A DNA stretch of 64,000 bases, from positions 4,795 to 68,794 of the forward strand of contig CAMBSN010000001.1 of NCBI GenBank assembly GCA_945870505.1. The letters run 5' to 3'. Below are positions 62,619 to 64,000 of the stretch, piece after piece. Source of the DNA: Candidatus Kuenenia stuttgartensis (lineage in GTDB: Bacteria > Planctomycetota > Planctomycetia > Pirellulales > UBA1268). The notes beneath the pieces are model-generated. The model was not told where the DNA came from. It saw nothing but the letters and a program-made list of their open reading frames with translations, and made no database searches. Positions within the stretch are counted from its first letter, which is position 1. Each line of letters opens with the position of its first letter. A program made the translations under genes and the position numbers.

Positions 62619-63920
62619 TCAGGCCGGGAGGTCGTCCCACATCGGGCACCAGAGCGGCGTCCGGGGGAAGAGCTGCCCGGCGAGCTTCTGCGCCATCTGC
62701 GTAGAGGGCTCCATGCGGCCGGCGGCCACCGCCTCGACCGGATCGCACTGGCCAAGCAGCAACCGCCCCAACTCATCGTCGGAAAGCCGCAGGTAGCTGC
62801 GGCCCACCCGCCCCGGATGCACCGTTGCCTCGCGCGGCTCCTTGGCATCGACGATGATCGAGCCGCGGAACGAGGGGGCATCGAGCCCGAGTTCCACCGT
62901 CTCCTTGATCTCGGCGGCGACCACGCGGGCCGCCACTGCCGGCGTCTGGGCCGAGAGCAGGTCGAGCGGCCGGAAGACCTTGGCGACGATCATCCGATCG
63001 CCCCCCTGCACGAGGCTCATCCCACCGGCCACGGCCTCGTGGAGCGGATCGGCAGCGCTCGACTCGTAGACGATCTCCTGGCGGTCGTTCTCGATCGCCT
63101 CGGCGCAAACTCTGGCGAGGATCTCTCGCTCCAGGCCGGCGAACTCGGGGTCGGCCATGACCTCGAGCACGCGGTTGCCCGCCTGGATGCAGTAGCCGAC
63201 GATCCGGGCGTTCGATTCGTGCAGCTCATAGCGGTCTTGGCCGACGAGCGCGACGATGATCGAGTCAAAAGCGCCACGGCTCACCAGCCACCGGCAGTAG
63301 TTCTCGCTGCGGTCGATCGGGCCGATGAACCGCGAGACATTCTGCTTGTAGATCCGCAAGATCGCCGGCAGCTCGACGTGCCGCCACTGCCGCATCGTCA
63401 CCGCCTCGCCGTCGCGCTGTGGCGACTCGAGGAGTCGCGCCAGGATGTCGGTCGGCCGACCGGGCGTCGCGGAATCACGACCGAGAACGCTCCAGCCGAG
63501 TTCGTGAAACGAGGGTGCGATGCGGGTCCGCGAGAAGGCCACGGCCGCCCCCGACTGCCGGATGCGGTCTTCGGCTGCACGGACGAGCCGCTGGCCGTGA
63601 CCGGCACCGCGGCACTCGGGTAGCACGGCGACGCGATCGAGCACCGCGCCGCGGACGACGGCCGAACCGACCATCAACTCACGGGGCACGATCTCGACGT
63701 GTCCGACGATGCGGCCGGAGAGCCTGGCCACGAGCCTGTTGGCCGAATCGTGCTCGGGATGATCGACGGCCGCGTGGAACTCAGCCCGCGACGGGGGCGC
63801 GGGCAGGCCCGCGAGGAGTTGCAGGATTTCGCTCTGGTCACCGGCCCGAGCGGGAGCCACCTGGCACTCCTCGAGCATCCAGGCCGGGGGCTTGAGCGGC
63901 AGCACCGGGTGATGGGGCAT
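62619..63920 (-). CDS. GNAT-family N-acetyltransferase with C-terminal extension (Eis-like architecture)
   Basis: Acetyl-CoA motif VAVLPECRGAGHGQRLV. About 280 further residues resemble the second GNAT plus SCP2-like tail of Eis-type enzymes (architecture inference). Confidence 0.65.
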   Translation of the reverse strand: MPHHPVLPLKPPAWMLEECQVAPARAGDQSEILQLLAGLPAPPSRAEFHAAVDHPEHDSANRLVARLSGRIVGHVEIVPRELMVGSAVVRGAVLDRVAVLPECRGAGHGQRLVRAAEDRIRQSGAAVAFSRTRIAPSFHELGWSVLGRDSATPGRPTDILARLLESPQRDGEAVTMRQWRHVELPAILRIYKQNVSRFIGPIDRSENYCRWLVSRGAFDSIIVALVGQDRYELHESNARIVGYCIQAGNRVLEVMADPEFAGLEREILARVCAEAIENDRQEIVYESSAADPLHEAVAGGMSLVQGGDRMIVAKVFRPLDLLSAQTPAVAARVVAAEIKETVELGLDAPSFRGSIIVDAKEPREATVHPGRVGRSYLRLSDDELGRLLLGQCDPVEAVAAGRMEPSTQMAQKLAGQLFPRTPLWCPMWDDLPA

Positions 63921-64000
63921 GTGGTGAATCGCGGGCCGCTTTGCGATCGGACGCCGTGAGACAACCGTGCCGGACGGTCGAATTTCGACGGTTTCGACAA

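Noticed and set aside
63921-64000. Possible partial gene at the right edge (track ORF 63674-64000 minus)
   Set aside because: The track ORF overlaps the GNAT gene in another frame and is Ser/Arg/Pro-rich. The last 80 nt are too short to assess.

Overview
This is a high-GC bacterial chromosomal segment (about two-thirds G+C by eye, not computed), densely coding on both strands. All family calls rest on motif recognition by eye; no database, HMM or folding tool was available. Several features point to Planctomycetota: two DUF1559/prepilin-like proteins, two PEP-CTERM proteins, a BBP7-like beta-barrel, a 550-aa signal peptidase I, and many Arg-rich antisense shadow ORFs. Housekeeping genes include lpxD-lpxI, ftsH, dxr-rseP, lepA, lepB-lptB, thrS, glnA, a sulfite reductase hemoprotein, a ROK kinase, a di-haem cytochrome c peroxidase and one tRNA-Val. 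I saw no rRNA, CRISPR array, transposase, integrase or phage genes. The most interesting item is a co-directional, translationally coupled minus-strand cluster at about 9.6-21.7 kb. It encodes three SPFH/band-7 paralogs, an ABC ATPase, an ABC-2-type permease with a large insert, a 621-aa protein with no domain I recognise, a membrane-anchored GspE/PilB-like protein whose catalytic motifs are all degenerate, and possibly a CvpA-like protein. I propose it as a candidate undescribed envelope system. Other notable items: a mosaic family of intergenic hairpin repeats at seven sites, one of which supplies a stop codon. A low-GC regulatory region with repeated TTGCGAAT motifs and a sigma-54-like -24/-12 element lies upstream of a PEP-CTERM gene. 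A FabF-like ketosynthase has Asp in place of the active-site Cys. A vapBC module is start/stop-overlapped with a membrane protein gene.
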